NCBI GenBank assembly: GCA_030704615.1
Contig: CM060731.1
Coordinates: 18,166,001-18,230,000 of the forward strand
Direction: 5' to 3'
Source: Takakia lepidozioides
Taxonomy: Eukaryota; Plantae; Bryophyta
DNA length: 64,000 bases
The notes beneath the pieces are model-generated. The model saw nothing but the letters and a program-made list of their open reading frames with translations, had not been told where the DNA came from and ran no database searches. The position numbers and the translations under genes are program-made. Below, piece after piece: positions 25,101-36,576 of the stretch. The number at the start of each line of letters is the position of its first letter. The stretch's first letter is position 1.

Positions 25101-28100
25101 CGATTAGCTTAGGATATCTGGTGTTGGACATGTGTTGCAGCTGACCCCACCATCTGACCTTGAATTCATCTCGTTGGGAGCTTAAGGAAGGTATGCCAAA
25201 CTCACCCCGAACAGCCACAAAAGATTGTCCTAAAAGATTGGGCACATAAGTACCACTTACCCCTAGCACTACTTCAAGCATGGTCTCATCGACAAGCAAG
25301 AGCTCCAAATCAGTCAGTGCACTCGCTACTTCACGGCCATGGATGCCCACAGCTTCAACTTCCATTTCAACTTCGCCAGTATCTCCCAGCCCTACCCCTG
25401 CTCCTGCTTGTGATGTCTCTGCTTGGATTTCGCGCCTCAATCGCAATGTCCGCTCCCTTTCTGCCACCTTAACAGCCGCTGCTCGGGCCAGTGCTGCCAA
25501 GTGGCGCTCTAAATTACGTACCCCTGCTTCTCTGGTGTACCTTTGAATGATAAGCTCCACGACAGGCTGGAACAAAAAAACCAGTCTAAAATCAACCAGC
25601 TGCTGTACTCATTAGTTCTGTTGTCAATGAACCAGAAGCGGTGGATAGATAGGTGCCTCTTATAATATGCATCAGCATCACAGCTACTTGTGCCCGTCAA
25701 CCACTAAACCAACCCACCGAGTCTTGAAGTTTAGATTAAACCTTACAGCAAGAGTTATGACTGATGAAATCAAGTTAGGAAAGGCTGTTCAGGTTTTAGT
25801 CGCTGTTGCTTCTGCTAGTATACATATCTACAGCACAGTAATTTTTTCATTTGATTTCTATACCCTAGAGCTAGACCCCACACGGCCAAATTTAGATCAA
25901 ACTACAGATTGGAAACCCCCACACAACAACCATTGTGAGGGTTAAACAGGCACGTGTACAAATACATATTGTTGATGTGCTTGGTTGATGAAGGTACTGT
26001 AGAAGGACACTGCCAGAAAGGTTTTCTTGCTTTGAGAACCCCACATGGAAGCCTGAGCACTCCAGGAAGAAAATACGAAATGGTGTTGTTTTTGTTCTCA
26101 ACATAACGGACAATCTTACAACTTGGATGTACCGTACTTCCACAAAGACCACCAAAGAGAAAACCTCTTTTGCGGTGGCCTTCGCACCCTCGTTCAGACG
26201 AGTTCACACAAGGTTGTCCTAAAGTTTTAGTGAAGAAACTAGAAGCAAGGTGTTTCGAGAACTTAAACAAGAGATAATGGCTTACCTCTGGAATATGGAT
26301 ATGTTGAGACGTGACACCATGTTGCTCAAAGACGCGGGGTATGAGATGGCGCATAGCAATGCATAATTTCTCTTCTTGTGTGTACCCAGGCAGCTCAATC
26401 ACCTCCATGCGATCTAAGAGAGGCGGTGGCATTGTCTGTACCCTATTGGCAGTTGCTACAAACACCACCTTTGATACGTCGAAGGGTACATTGAGGTAGC
26501 TGATTGTGAAGGTCATTAAGGATTTGGAATCTCCATTCACAGGTGGTTGCTACTCCTCCAGAGAGAAGTAATTCCCAGAGTACATCATACAAACTAGGAA
26601 TGCTCCTGGATGGATTTCTACAATCTTACATAGCACAGAACCACACAAATAATCAGGAATGCATGTAACCAACCTACAGGAAATAGCACCCCACTAAAGG
26701 AATGCAAAGTCACATCAACAGCACTAGGAGTGCACAACAGACAATTAAAATCTTACAAATCTTCGACAGATACTAACACTTCATAAACCTGCTGCATATG
26801 AGCTTCAATCCTAGACGCTAAGGATAGGATACTGATCATTGAAGGTCTTGTTCTGTTCAGGGTCCAGAACTTCAAGCAGGGCAGAGGCTGGATCACCCCT
26901 CACATCAGCGCCAGTCTTGTCTATCTCATCCAACAGCATGACTGGATTGTTCACTCCCACTCGCTGTCACCCGCACAGGTTCATCAATATTATAAAAGAT
27001 GATAAGAAGATACAACAACCTTCAACCTAGAGCAGGATATGATTTGATTTACTTCACACCAATGAAATACCACACTATGCTTGAGAAAAAAGCTCTGTAA
27101 GAAAACACCCTTGCTCAAGCTTAGAAAAGGGGGAAAGGAGCTGTGCATATAAGATTAACTACATTAAAAGGCAGGAAATATAGAAAACAATTTGACTAGA
27201 CGCCATAGAAGAGACTACAACTTTCATAAGCTGCCAAAACAAAATGGTGTGGCAGTGGTGTTGCTCAAAGCTGACCTGCCCCTTCATAACAAGGCAGGCA
27301 GAATTTATGGAAAAAACAACTGGGGATATCATGTTTACAGAGAGAAAGATAAGGCAGTAGTAGTACCTTAATGCCTTCAATAAGACGGCCGGGCATGCTT
27401 CCAATGTAGGTTCTGCGATGACCTCGAATATCAGCTTCGTCCTTGACACCTCCCAGTGATAAGCGTATGAATCGCCTGCCTAAAGCTCCTGCAATTGAGG
27501 ATGCCAATGATGTCTTGCCAACCCCAGGTGGTCCCACAAAGCACAGCACTGGACCTCGTGCATCTGGCTTTAGCTGCCCACCCCACATCAATAGCAGCAA
27601 TCAGTTGAAGGTACTTAACATTATGTAGCAAGGTCATGAAGTCCTGGAAGCGTGTACACTTTGTCAAAAGTGTATGCCTGCACTCCTTGATGCACTAACT
27701 TTTAAGCATGCTCCTAATCCGTGATACTATGAGGCCTACGAACCCCCTCAGGACACTCCCCAGCAAAGTAGGTCCAAAACAAATGTGTGGACATCTCTTG
27801 GGATCAAGGGAAATGTAATTTCTGTGACTTTTAATTGCAGCACAATTCCTAAAGGTGCCCTCCATACAGTGGAATTACACACAAGTTTAGCAGCATATTT
27901 GACCCTCAAGATATTGCTTTAGCTAAGAGCCCCTTTTCAATTCAGACCATTTGTTATGAAGTTTTTGGCCGAGGCTTTTGTGTTTGCACCTCTTGAATGT
28001 GGTTGGCTTTCTTGCTCCACCTGAGACAGCCCACAGACATAAAAACCATCCTATCACCCTACATTTCATTTTCCCTATTTTCTCTGGCAATATTCTCTCA

Positions 28101-31100
28101 GACACATCAATATCACCTACGAGGTAGATTATGGATTACAAGTAGAGCGAACCTTGCGAACAGCCAGATACTCAATAATTCGCTTCTTGACTTTATGGAG
28201 GCCGTAATGCTCACTATCCAGCCGCTCCTTAGCGGCCACCAGATCAATTTCACGCTCCTCACTGCTGATCTGCCATGGCAGGTCAGCCAGCAGCTCAAGG
28301 TATGTAACTGAGCTGCCATAGCCGGGCTGTTGTGGCTGCATCTTTCTTAGGCGCCTGCATTTCTTCATCCATTCAGTAATTCAATCACCTGCGCAGACTC
28401 AACCCTATATCTTCAACCACGCTTGCTTAGCAACCCCATAAGAAGAAGGGAATGAGAAGATGAGAGAGATAGAAATGGCAGACAGACTCCAGAGTAGGCT
28501 GGGGGCAAAAGCCAAGGTCTGAAGAGGCAAGCAGCAAGAGTGGGAGAGTAATTGTATTTACAAAAGGTGGAGAATAGAAGACAAGAAAAGCAAAGCTCTT
28601 TCAACTTATGCTTACAACTGGCAAAACAAGAGACTTCATGAAATATTAGATACCTCGGACCAAGAAAAGTCGAGAGGCAAACCGATCTATGATGGTTCAC
28701 ATCATAAGGTAACCTTACACTTCAAAGCCTTGCATACCTGAGCTCCCGCTGAGCATGTTTCCACACATTGGCCGGCATACCAGCACTCTGCATTTTTCGT
28801 TCTAATGTGGCTACATCATCTTCATCATCCTCATTATCGCCCAGCTCCTCCTTTATGGCCCTCATCTGTTCCCCAACCACACTGTCAACCCTCAACCTAT
28901 CTACACCCATGGATTTTGTGTTGTTCACCCCACCAAGAAAAAGGCTGCCAGTGAGACTGCACACATTTGTGGTGTTCCCAACAGGCTTTTGTGACGGCTC
29001 TGCTTATGACTATAAAAGCCAGAGATACACTGTCACGATTGCATCGTCCGTCGAGATGCTGCAAACCTCCAGGCATGGCAATCACCTGGGGAGGATGCTC
29101 ATTATGGAGCATTGCATCTTCATTTGTCGGTGATGTCCTTACTTGATCCTGTAGATCCTCAGTAAAGCGACAGGATACTGCTATTAACACCCAAAAATAA
29201 ATGATGGTATAAGTGCTTTCAACTATGCAGCACAGAAAGAAAGAAAGAGGGTCCATGGGACAATTGAAACAACAAAAAGAAGGGGGAGAACACCTCAACC
29301 AGCCAGCAGCAAAGAGGACAGATTCAATCAGGCGTATGCTAATGGCATGGCATGGTGTGGTCAAGGCATGATACCTGTTGCCGCAGGAGAAACTCTTTTT
29401 GTGACTTCGACAGCTGCCCTTCCACTTTCTTGGAGATTTTCTCTGCTACTCTCATGGTCTGTACCCATCCTCCAGCCCACGAGGATTCTTAGTCTGGATG
29501 TTGAACTACCTTTCTGACATACAGGTCTCTTACAAGCTGGATTATGTGTAAAAGGAGACAGTTGGTGCTAGACGTAAATTTAAAAAGAGGGTGTTGAACC
29601 TGAAGATGTCGGGCAACAATCTCATTTGCTTTTGACAGGCGCTGACGGAGATCTACAGCATCGAGCATGGCCAAGCGCTCGTCAAAACTAGCCTCAAAAC
29701 TTGCCACAAAAATGTCTGCCGGCCTATGTGCAGGTGCTGTTTCCAAAAGCCCCTTTGTTCGCCCCACAGTTTTCTGTTTCTGATTCATTAGACAAATGCA
29801 AAGACATGAAAATGTGCCATTACAAGTACTATGGAGGGTCGCAGGCTAAACCCGGCCCACAATGCCCCCAATGCAAGGATTGGTCACAACATTTGCAAAA
29901 ACTGTGTGCCAAAAACACAGTGCTGCACAATTCTTGCTTTTAGAAGTTACGATTACATGAGTAGTTCTAAACATGATCATATGTACAGCTAACAGGGGTC
30001 AACATTCATATTTCAATAATAGTTTGAAGGGGAAGCTCTAAAATGGTGAAGAGAGACAAGAGTTAGACACCTGTTCAAGCACAGAGATCAACTCTCCTGC
30101 CACCATTTTGAACTGGCGGGCAAGAGCTTGCACCTCCGGATCTCTCTCGGCCTGCTCCATCTCTAGATATCATGTCCAAACCCACCGTGCCATGCCCCAG
30201 AGTTATGCAATTAGCTCCAGCCTGCTCTACCCAGTGGTAGCCACCATTTCCTCATCTATCATGTGAGCTCTGTGCTATTCAACTAGAAATAAATGAAACA
30301 CTTCCTTCCACCCTATTTAGCACTAATTTCTGGAAATAGTCTTTCAATCTATTAATTATACTAAAAATGGCATACAACCATGACTATCCCTGGTGAGATT
30401 TATGTAAAAACCGGAATAGAAAAGAGATGAATACCAGCTTTGGTCATGTCAAGCTGTGCAACACGAGCAGTGGTGTAGGAGCCATTAGCATTAAAGTCTT
30501 GCACACTGAATCGGCACCATCCTTCTAGTACTACAGTGTATGTCACACGCCCACTTGGTTTCTCCATGTCCCGTGACAAATGCAGAGCCCTTGCTGCAAC
30601 TCCTCTGTGGCAGATTGTTTTCCCACCCAACTTTACTCGTCACTTATTTTAGTTACTTTAGTTTGTTTAAGGAAAACCATACTGCTCATCCTTACTTTTA
30701 TTTTGACATACTTACACTAAACCCCAGCCTAGGAAAATCGCTCACACAAGTAGAGAAACCTTGTTACAAAACTGCAGAAACTACAGGTAAATTTACTAAG
30801 GTGTGCAGGGTTCAGCAACCAATGCCCAAAACCATGGAATGGCCTCTACACAGAAGTCCACCAGTAATATAAACAAACAAATTTCGGGAAAACACGGTAC
30901 CGAGAGTGCCACTGGATGAGATCATCGGGCTGCTTGCCCAATGTCTGCTGGAAATCTGGAGGGGATCCTGCCCGCCCACCACTCTCCCTCCCCACTGTCC
31001 TAGTTTGTGCATCTGCAATTAGCCCAGAGCAACAAACTGGTATCAGCAGTCAAAGCCTGCAGCATAACACATCTGTCTTTCTCATTAGAAACCATTTTAG

Positions 31101-32485
31101 GGGGCAAGGCAATACATTCACTTTTAGTTGATGAAATGGTGATGTTGACATTCACTTTAAACCCAAATATCTCTGTAAAAGCAAACCAAAGGAAGGATAA
31201 AAAGGCCACAGCTACCAGACTCCACCTGGGACCACAAACAGAGTTCTGCAATCCAGAAAATCCCCCAAAGCCTTCTGAAATATCTCCCATGCTTCCCTGT
31301 TATACAACTATTGAATTACAAATAATAACTGCCAGCTGAATGAAGGCCCAGATCAAAATGAGGTTTTCATCACTGGAAGTCCCCATGAGTCAAAAGCGTT
31401 GCTCATACCCCAATAGCACTGAATGGGACTCGAAAACCACGAATCAATGCTGTAGGAAACAGAGACTGGTATTCTTGCCTTCAGACAAGAAGGGGGACGA
31501 GAGCGGTGTTGGAGGAAGAGACTCAAGCCCCTTCACATCACGCACTGGTAGCACTCCAATCAGCCCCTTCTCTTCCTTCTGCCAGAGCTCCTGCTCCACC
31601 AACCTCACACTGCAAGACAAACCCTTCTTTCTTATGTCAGAGGTCCGTTAGCATGTTCAGATTACAGACTAGGGTTTACGTGCTAAGGTCTTTACATCTT
31701 CTAGGGGAGTGGGCAGTGGGGGATTTGCTACACTTTTGCAGCAGCCATCTGATGAGGTGAGTCCCTCACTTAATCAGGACAAGCTAAAGAAACTTACGAA
31801 CTCAGATGAATGGAGAACAACCTCCTTGGTGGAATTGTATTCAAATTCTTCCCAGGACTACACAGTCTCATCACATCTTCAGTTCTGTAGCCATTACGCA
31901 AAGGAGGCCTGAAGTAATGATAAATTACAATGAACAGGAGGGTTCCACAAAAACATTTAGGTTGATGCATGGGTTCGCACCGATAAGCCAGTTGAGCTTG
32001 CCAAATTCATATACGCTCAATTGGTAGGGGATTGTGCTAAGCCTGGCAAGTCCAAATTCTTCACCAAGTTTGAAATTGACTTTTTTTGTGGCACAATTTC
32101 TAAGAGAAGAGAGTACAGTTCAGAGAAACAAACTAATGAGCAGTTTGAAGTGCTTGGACCAACAGCCCGGTGCTCCCTTTATGAGAGTTACATAACCCAA
32201 CCCCAATTCCTTCTTCGACAATTCCACCAGAATCAATCACGAATTCAGATTCCGTGTGAAGCAAGGATACTAATCCAGCTTCACTTCCACACGCAGGAGC
32301 GTGAATGATCGGCATGCATTGAAACTCAAATCGACTCAAAAATAAAACACAGAAAGAGGGAGGCACCTCGTTGGAGAAGTGCAGCGAATTCGGACTATCG
32401 ACCCCGGCAGAAGCACCTTGTTCCGGAATGGAAGGATTGCAAGCGTGTCTGGCAGATCCCCCAAGTCTGCCATCGCTGCTGTCAT
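22175..32485 (-). CDS. LON2: Peroxisomal Lon protease 2, multi-exon
   Basis: [15 protein letters not shown]-domain, Walker A GPPGVGKT, Walker [17 protein letters not shown] (catalytic Ser), VGGIKDK (catalytic Lys), C-terminal PTS1 SRL* at 22175. Confidence 0.97.
24355..25224 (-). mobile_element. 5'-truncated, uninterrupted LINE (RTE-X/L2-like ORF2 C-terminus) in a LON2 intron
   Basis: 13-bp TSD ttgtcctaaaaga at 24342-24354 and 25225-25237. About 287 open codons with AVRGEFG, RYPK, KSW and [17 protein letters not shown] zinc knuckle. Confidence 0.85.
26500..26832 (-). other. Probable U12-type GT-AG intron in LON2
   Basis: Donor GTATCCTA, branch-like TCCTTAAT about 15 nt before the AG, no polypyrimidine tract. 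Joins FNDH-YLNVPFD. Confidence 0.7.
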
Positions 32486-32782
32486 CTCCTCGCCCGCTCC
32501 ACTCCACAACTCCTCCCTCTCCCTTTTACGTTCGTCCGTTTTCACCCCTCGCTTATCCCTACTCCTACACTGCTACCTACGCCCTAACTAATAATACATA
32601 TCGATATTCTATTTTCTATTTTCCATGAACTGCTTTAACTTTGCTATCGGTACCATCGCCCGGCCGGCACAGACTGGGAAAGCCGGCGAATCCCCGGGCT
32701 ACTCCTGGATTTTTAATTAATATAAAAACAAAAAATCAATTTTACTTCCCCTCTGGGCCGACGAGGAGATGGATGCGCGGAC

Positions 32783-32842
32783 GGATGGACGACGGACGGA
32801 GGAGGACGGAGGCCTCCGTCCTCCTCCGTCCGTCGTCCATCC
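32783..32842. repeat. Perfect spacer-less 60-bp palindrome
   Basis: ggatggacgacggacggaggaggacggagg is followed immediately by its exact reverse complement. Confidence 0.97.
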
Positions 32843-32889
32843 ATGGCAGGGGATTTGAGGAGTGGGCAGCGAGGCAGGAGGGTTCAGCG

Positions 32890-35531
32890 ATGGAGGCCAT
32901 CGCTCGCTCTCTGCGCTCTGCCTCTTGTGTGAGTGTTTGCTTGACTTTCTTCTAATGTGGGCTAGCCGTGGGATCCTCTCTCTTTCGTCTCTGCATGTTT
33001 TGTTCCTGCACAGGTGTACCTTTTTGGGGTTCAAGTTGCCCCGAGAAATTCTGATGTTACGACCTCAATGCTGTAGATTGTGTTACAGTTTCATGTACAA
33101 ACCGAGGTTGTATTATAAGAACCTTAATGGCTCCGGGGTATCCTTGGCATTGATTTCAGTGTCTGTCTGTCTATTGAAGAGGCTGTCATTTATCTTGACT
33201 TAAACGTAAGAAGTGGGAAGGGAGAGGTGGGTGTGTAATATGCGAGTTTTGTTTTGGAGGAATGCAGGCGAGCTGGATGCAGAAATGGAGTTTGCTTCCG
33301 GCATTGCTGTCCGGACAAAGGCACGCACTCTCCACTCTACCTTCGAAGTGCATGCTTGCTACCACTCAAGGTACTTTTTTTCATGCAAATAGTACTTCAT
33401 GGGGTCACTTCATTTATCGTGCAATATAAGGGACTTGATTTAGACTTAGGGTTTAGGGTTTAACCGAAGACAGATCTCGTAATCTACCTTAATGCTGCTG
33501 AATACAACAGAGTGAACATTATTGAGTCCTTTCCTGCAAATTGTATAAGTATTTTTGCAGAGGAATCTCTCAGTGGATAATCCAAACTTTCCTGGGCATA
33601 GATGTCGTTTCGAATTTCGAGGTCCCTCTCGTCTGTCCTTACCTCATGAACACAGATTGTACTCGAGGTTTGATGAGGATTTTTGAAATGCCACTTTAAC
33701 ATCGACTAGCAATGAACTTGGACTCCTCTAATATGGGATTGTTACGAAGGCAGGCAAGCTGAAGGATGTAGAGACGAGAGTGACCAACTTTCTTAAAGAG
33801 GACAAAGGCATCGCGATGCTAGCTGGGGATATCTTCGATGTGCCCATACGTCCAGATATTGTCCATCGCGTAGTGCGGTGGCAGCTCGCCAAGCGGCGCC
33901 AGGTAAGGGAGGCAAATTTAAAATATAGACCCCGCTCACAGACTCAGACTTCAATCATCGGGTCATTTGCAGATTGACACACCTAGGAAATGCTGCTGCA
34001 TGGAAATTGAAGAACTAAGCAATAGAAGAATGCAGACATGTACGGAAAGAGTTGTGATTTGAGTGGCTATTCTGGATACATCTCTGACAGGTCCTGGAGT
34101 AGATCATCTATGCCAATGACATGCCCGTACAAACCACATTGGTAGGCCCAAGTGACGTGCATACAATCTGCTTTAACTCTGGAGATTGAACGAGTCCCTC
34201 ATGGGTGGTCCTGGCAATTGGGGTGGCAGGGAAATCATTCAACCAAGGGGATAGCGGAAGTTAGTGGTACTGGAAGAAAACCCCACCCCCAGAAGGGCAG
34301 TGGCCGGGCCCGCCATGGTTCTTTGCGGGGGCCTCAGGTTCGCTTACTCCTGCTGGGTCTCCTTTGTCTGCTAATTGGATCTTTCTCTTACACCTTTCAG
34401 TGCATCTTCTTCTATGTCTTGGACTGTACTCTTCCCCTTTGATGAAAACCCATCTCTTCCCTACCTCCCGTCATCTTCACATTCTCTGCTCTCTCCCAAC
34501 CTTTCCATGTGTGGTTGGTAAGGAAGCAAACAAGGCAATCACATTGACAAGAATAAGCTCCATCAGATTTCCCAAAAATTTGTTTTCCGCTCACCATCTG
34601 TCATTTTTCAATCAACATTGGTATGTGTTGAGCAGTTTCGATCTGGAGCCACTCAGCATGGACCCAAGCCTCGCAGCCACGAGATAGGGCTGCAGAGACA
34701 AGTGCGCCGCCTGGGTCTTAAAGTGGCCCTGTCAGCCCGTGTGGCCGAAGGCAAGGTGTTAATGACTATCTTGTTACTTTGCTTGCGCATACCTCCTAAC
34801 CAAGCGTCTGGTACTATAATTTACTCATGCCTAATCTTGCGTCACTCTTCTCTGTTTCTGTTACTTTGCAATTGAAGGAGTCGACAGGTTGCTGTAGTTT
34901 TCAGTAATCTGATAAATCACTTTTGGAAGTTACCTTACTTGTCCTTGGTTTCTTGCTCTTCTATTTTTGACCGAGACAATGGTCGACATGCTGAAGTAAA
35001 CCGTTAGGTTATTTGAGATATCTGAGAGCATGGTCCCAAAACATGAGAATGGGACTGTCTTAACAAATTTTCAGATCTAGTGTGTGTGATAGTCACACTC
35101 ATGCTTGCCTACTGCAGTTGATGGTGTTTGACAATGTACAACCGGCAACGCGCAAGACCCGGGAGATGGAGCGTCTGATCTCTGGGCTCGAGTGCAAAAA
35201 GGTTCTCTTTGTTGATGAGTCTGAGAAAGTCAATGACACATTATGCCAGGCTACTGGCAACCTGCACTATGCCAATGTCCTTCCTGCTAAGGTTTGTGTT
35301 CATGCCATTTCCTGAGCTTTGTATTTTCTGTTGAGTGCAGTGTGGGTACCTCGGTTTTTCCATGGTAGATACTTGTTTTAAGTGTCAATAAGCATCACTA
35401 ATGTTTATTTTTCCTCTCTGTGTTTCCAGGGACTAAATGTGTACAGTATCTTGCAACATGACACGCTTGTGATGACTCTTGGTGCTATTAGGCGGATTGA
35501 AGAACGTCTCCATACCCCTATTTGCCGCTAA
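32890..35531 (+). CDS. RPL4: Mitochondrial ribosomal protein uL4, multi-exon; N-terminal exons uncertain
   Basis: [75 protein letters not shown]...[16 protein letters not shown]...HTPICR*. Confidence 0.94.
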
Positions 35532-36576
35532 GCTAACAGTGGTTATGTTCAAGTCTTCGTCATAACACAATCTACCGTGCACTTGAATCACAGGAACAGT
35601 TTGGGACCAGGGTCATTTTTGATACACATAGTTCTGACTCTCATTCCTGCGGTGGTACAGGAGAATGGTTCAAATTTAGCTTTGCTTCTTAGTAGTCCCT
35701 AAAGATTGATACCGTTGATAATAGTCTTCTGTCCCCTTGAGATTGATTTCAGGTAGTGCACCCTAGTTGTAAAAAACTGCGGCTCCCTGTGCCAGTACAA
35801 GTTTCCCACGCACACTAAACTAAGTTGATATTGTAGGAAGCTGCTGAATGTAAATATGGGCACCTGTAAGGGTGAGTGCTCAGCCTGTGGATGGAAACAT
35901 GTCCAGTTTTCCTTGCTTATTCCTTGCTTATAATCATCTAGCATCTGCAGACTCCCCATGCTCATGAACTGACATTGCATTGACATTGAATTGAACCATA
36001 TGCCTTTACAGAAATGCATAATGAGCACTTTCTTCTCCCCCCAGTTAAGGAACAGATCTCTGCTGTCGTGCTCAAACCAATGCTTATCAGCACAACCTGC
36101 ACATTGCTATGACTACCCTGACCTCAAACATCATAGATCCACACATGGAACTGCAATCTTCCTGGGGCGTGCATTGGCACCAGTACTGGAGTAGAGCCTG
36201 ACCGGAGAAAACATGATGTGCTTCTATACAAGGAGGCCTCCATCTGTTCAGAGTTTGTCATGGTGAGGTGGATGCGTGGATACTGTAGCAATGGTGAGTG
36301 CGAAATGAGATTGAATGACAACGATCAGATTCCTGTAAAAATGGTGAGGACAAGAAACTGCTCGGATGCTGGAATCTGAGAGAAGACCTCAGACTTTTTC
36401 CACGTATATAGTAGCTAAAAATGTCATGAGAAGATCGGTCTGCTCGCCGAGTAAAGGCACGTAATTTCCATGCTCAAAAAGTGGTAAGAGCAAGCGCGGC
36501 TGTCTGCTCTTTCAAAGCCCCTGCTAAACCCTGACTCTCTCGCATATCTGCGCTCGTCTGTGTCGATCGATCAAGC

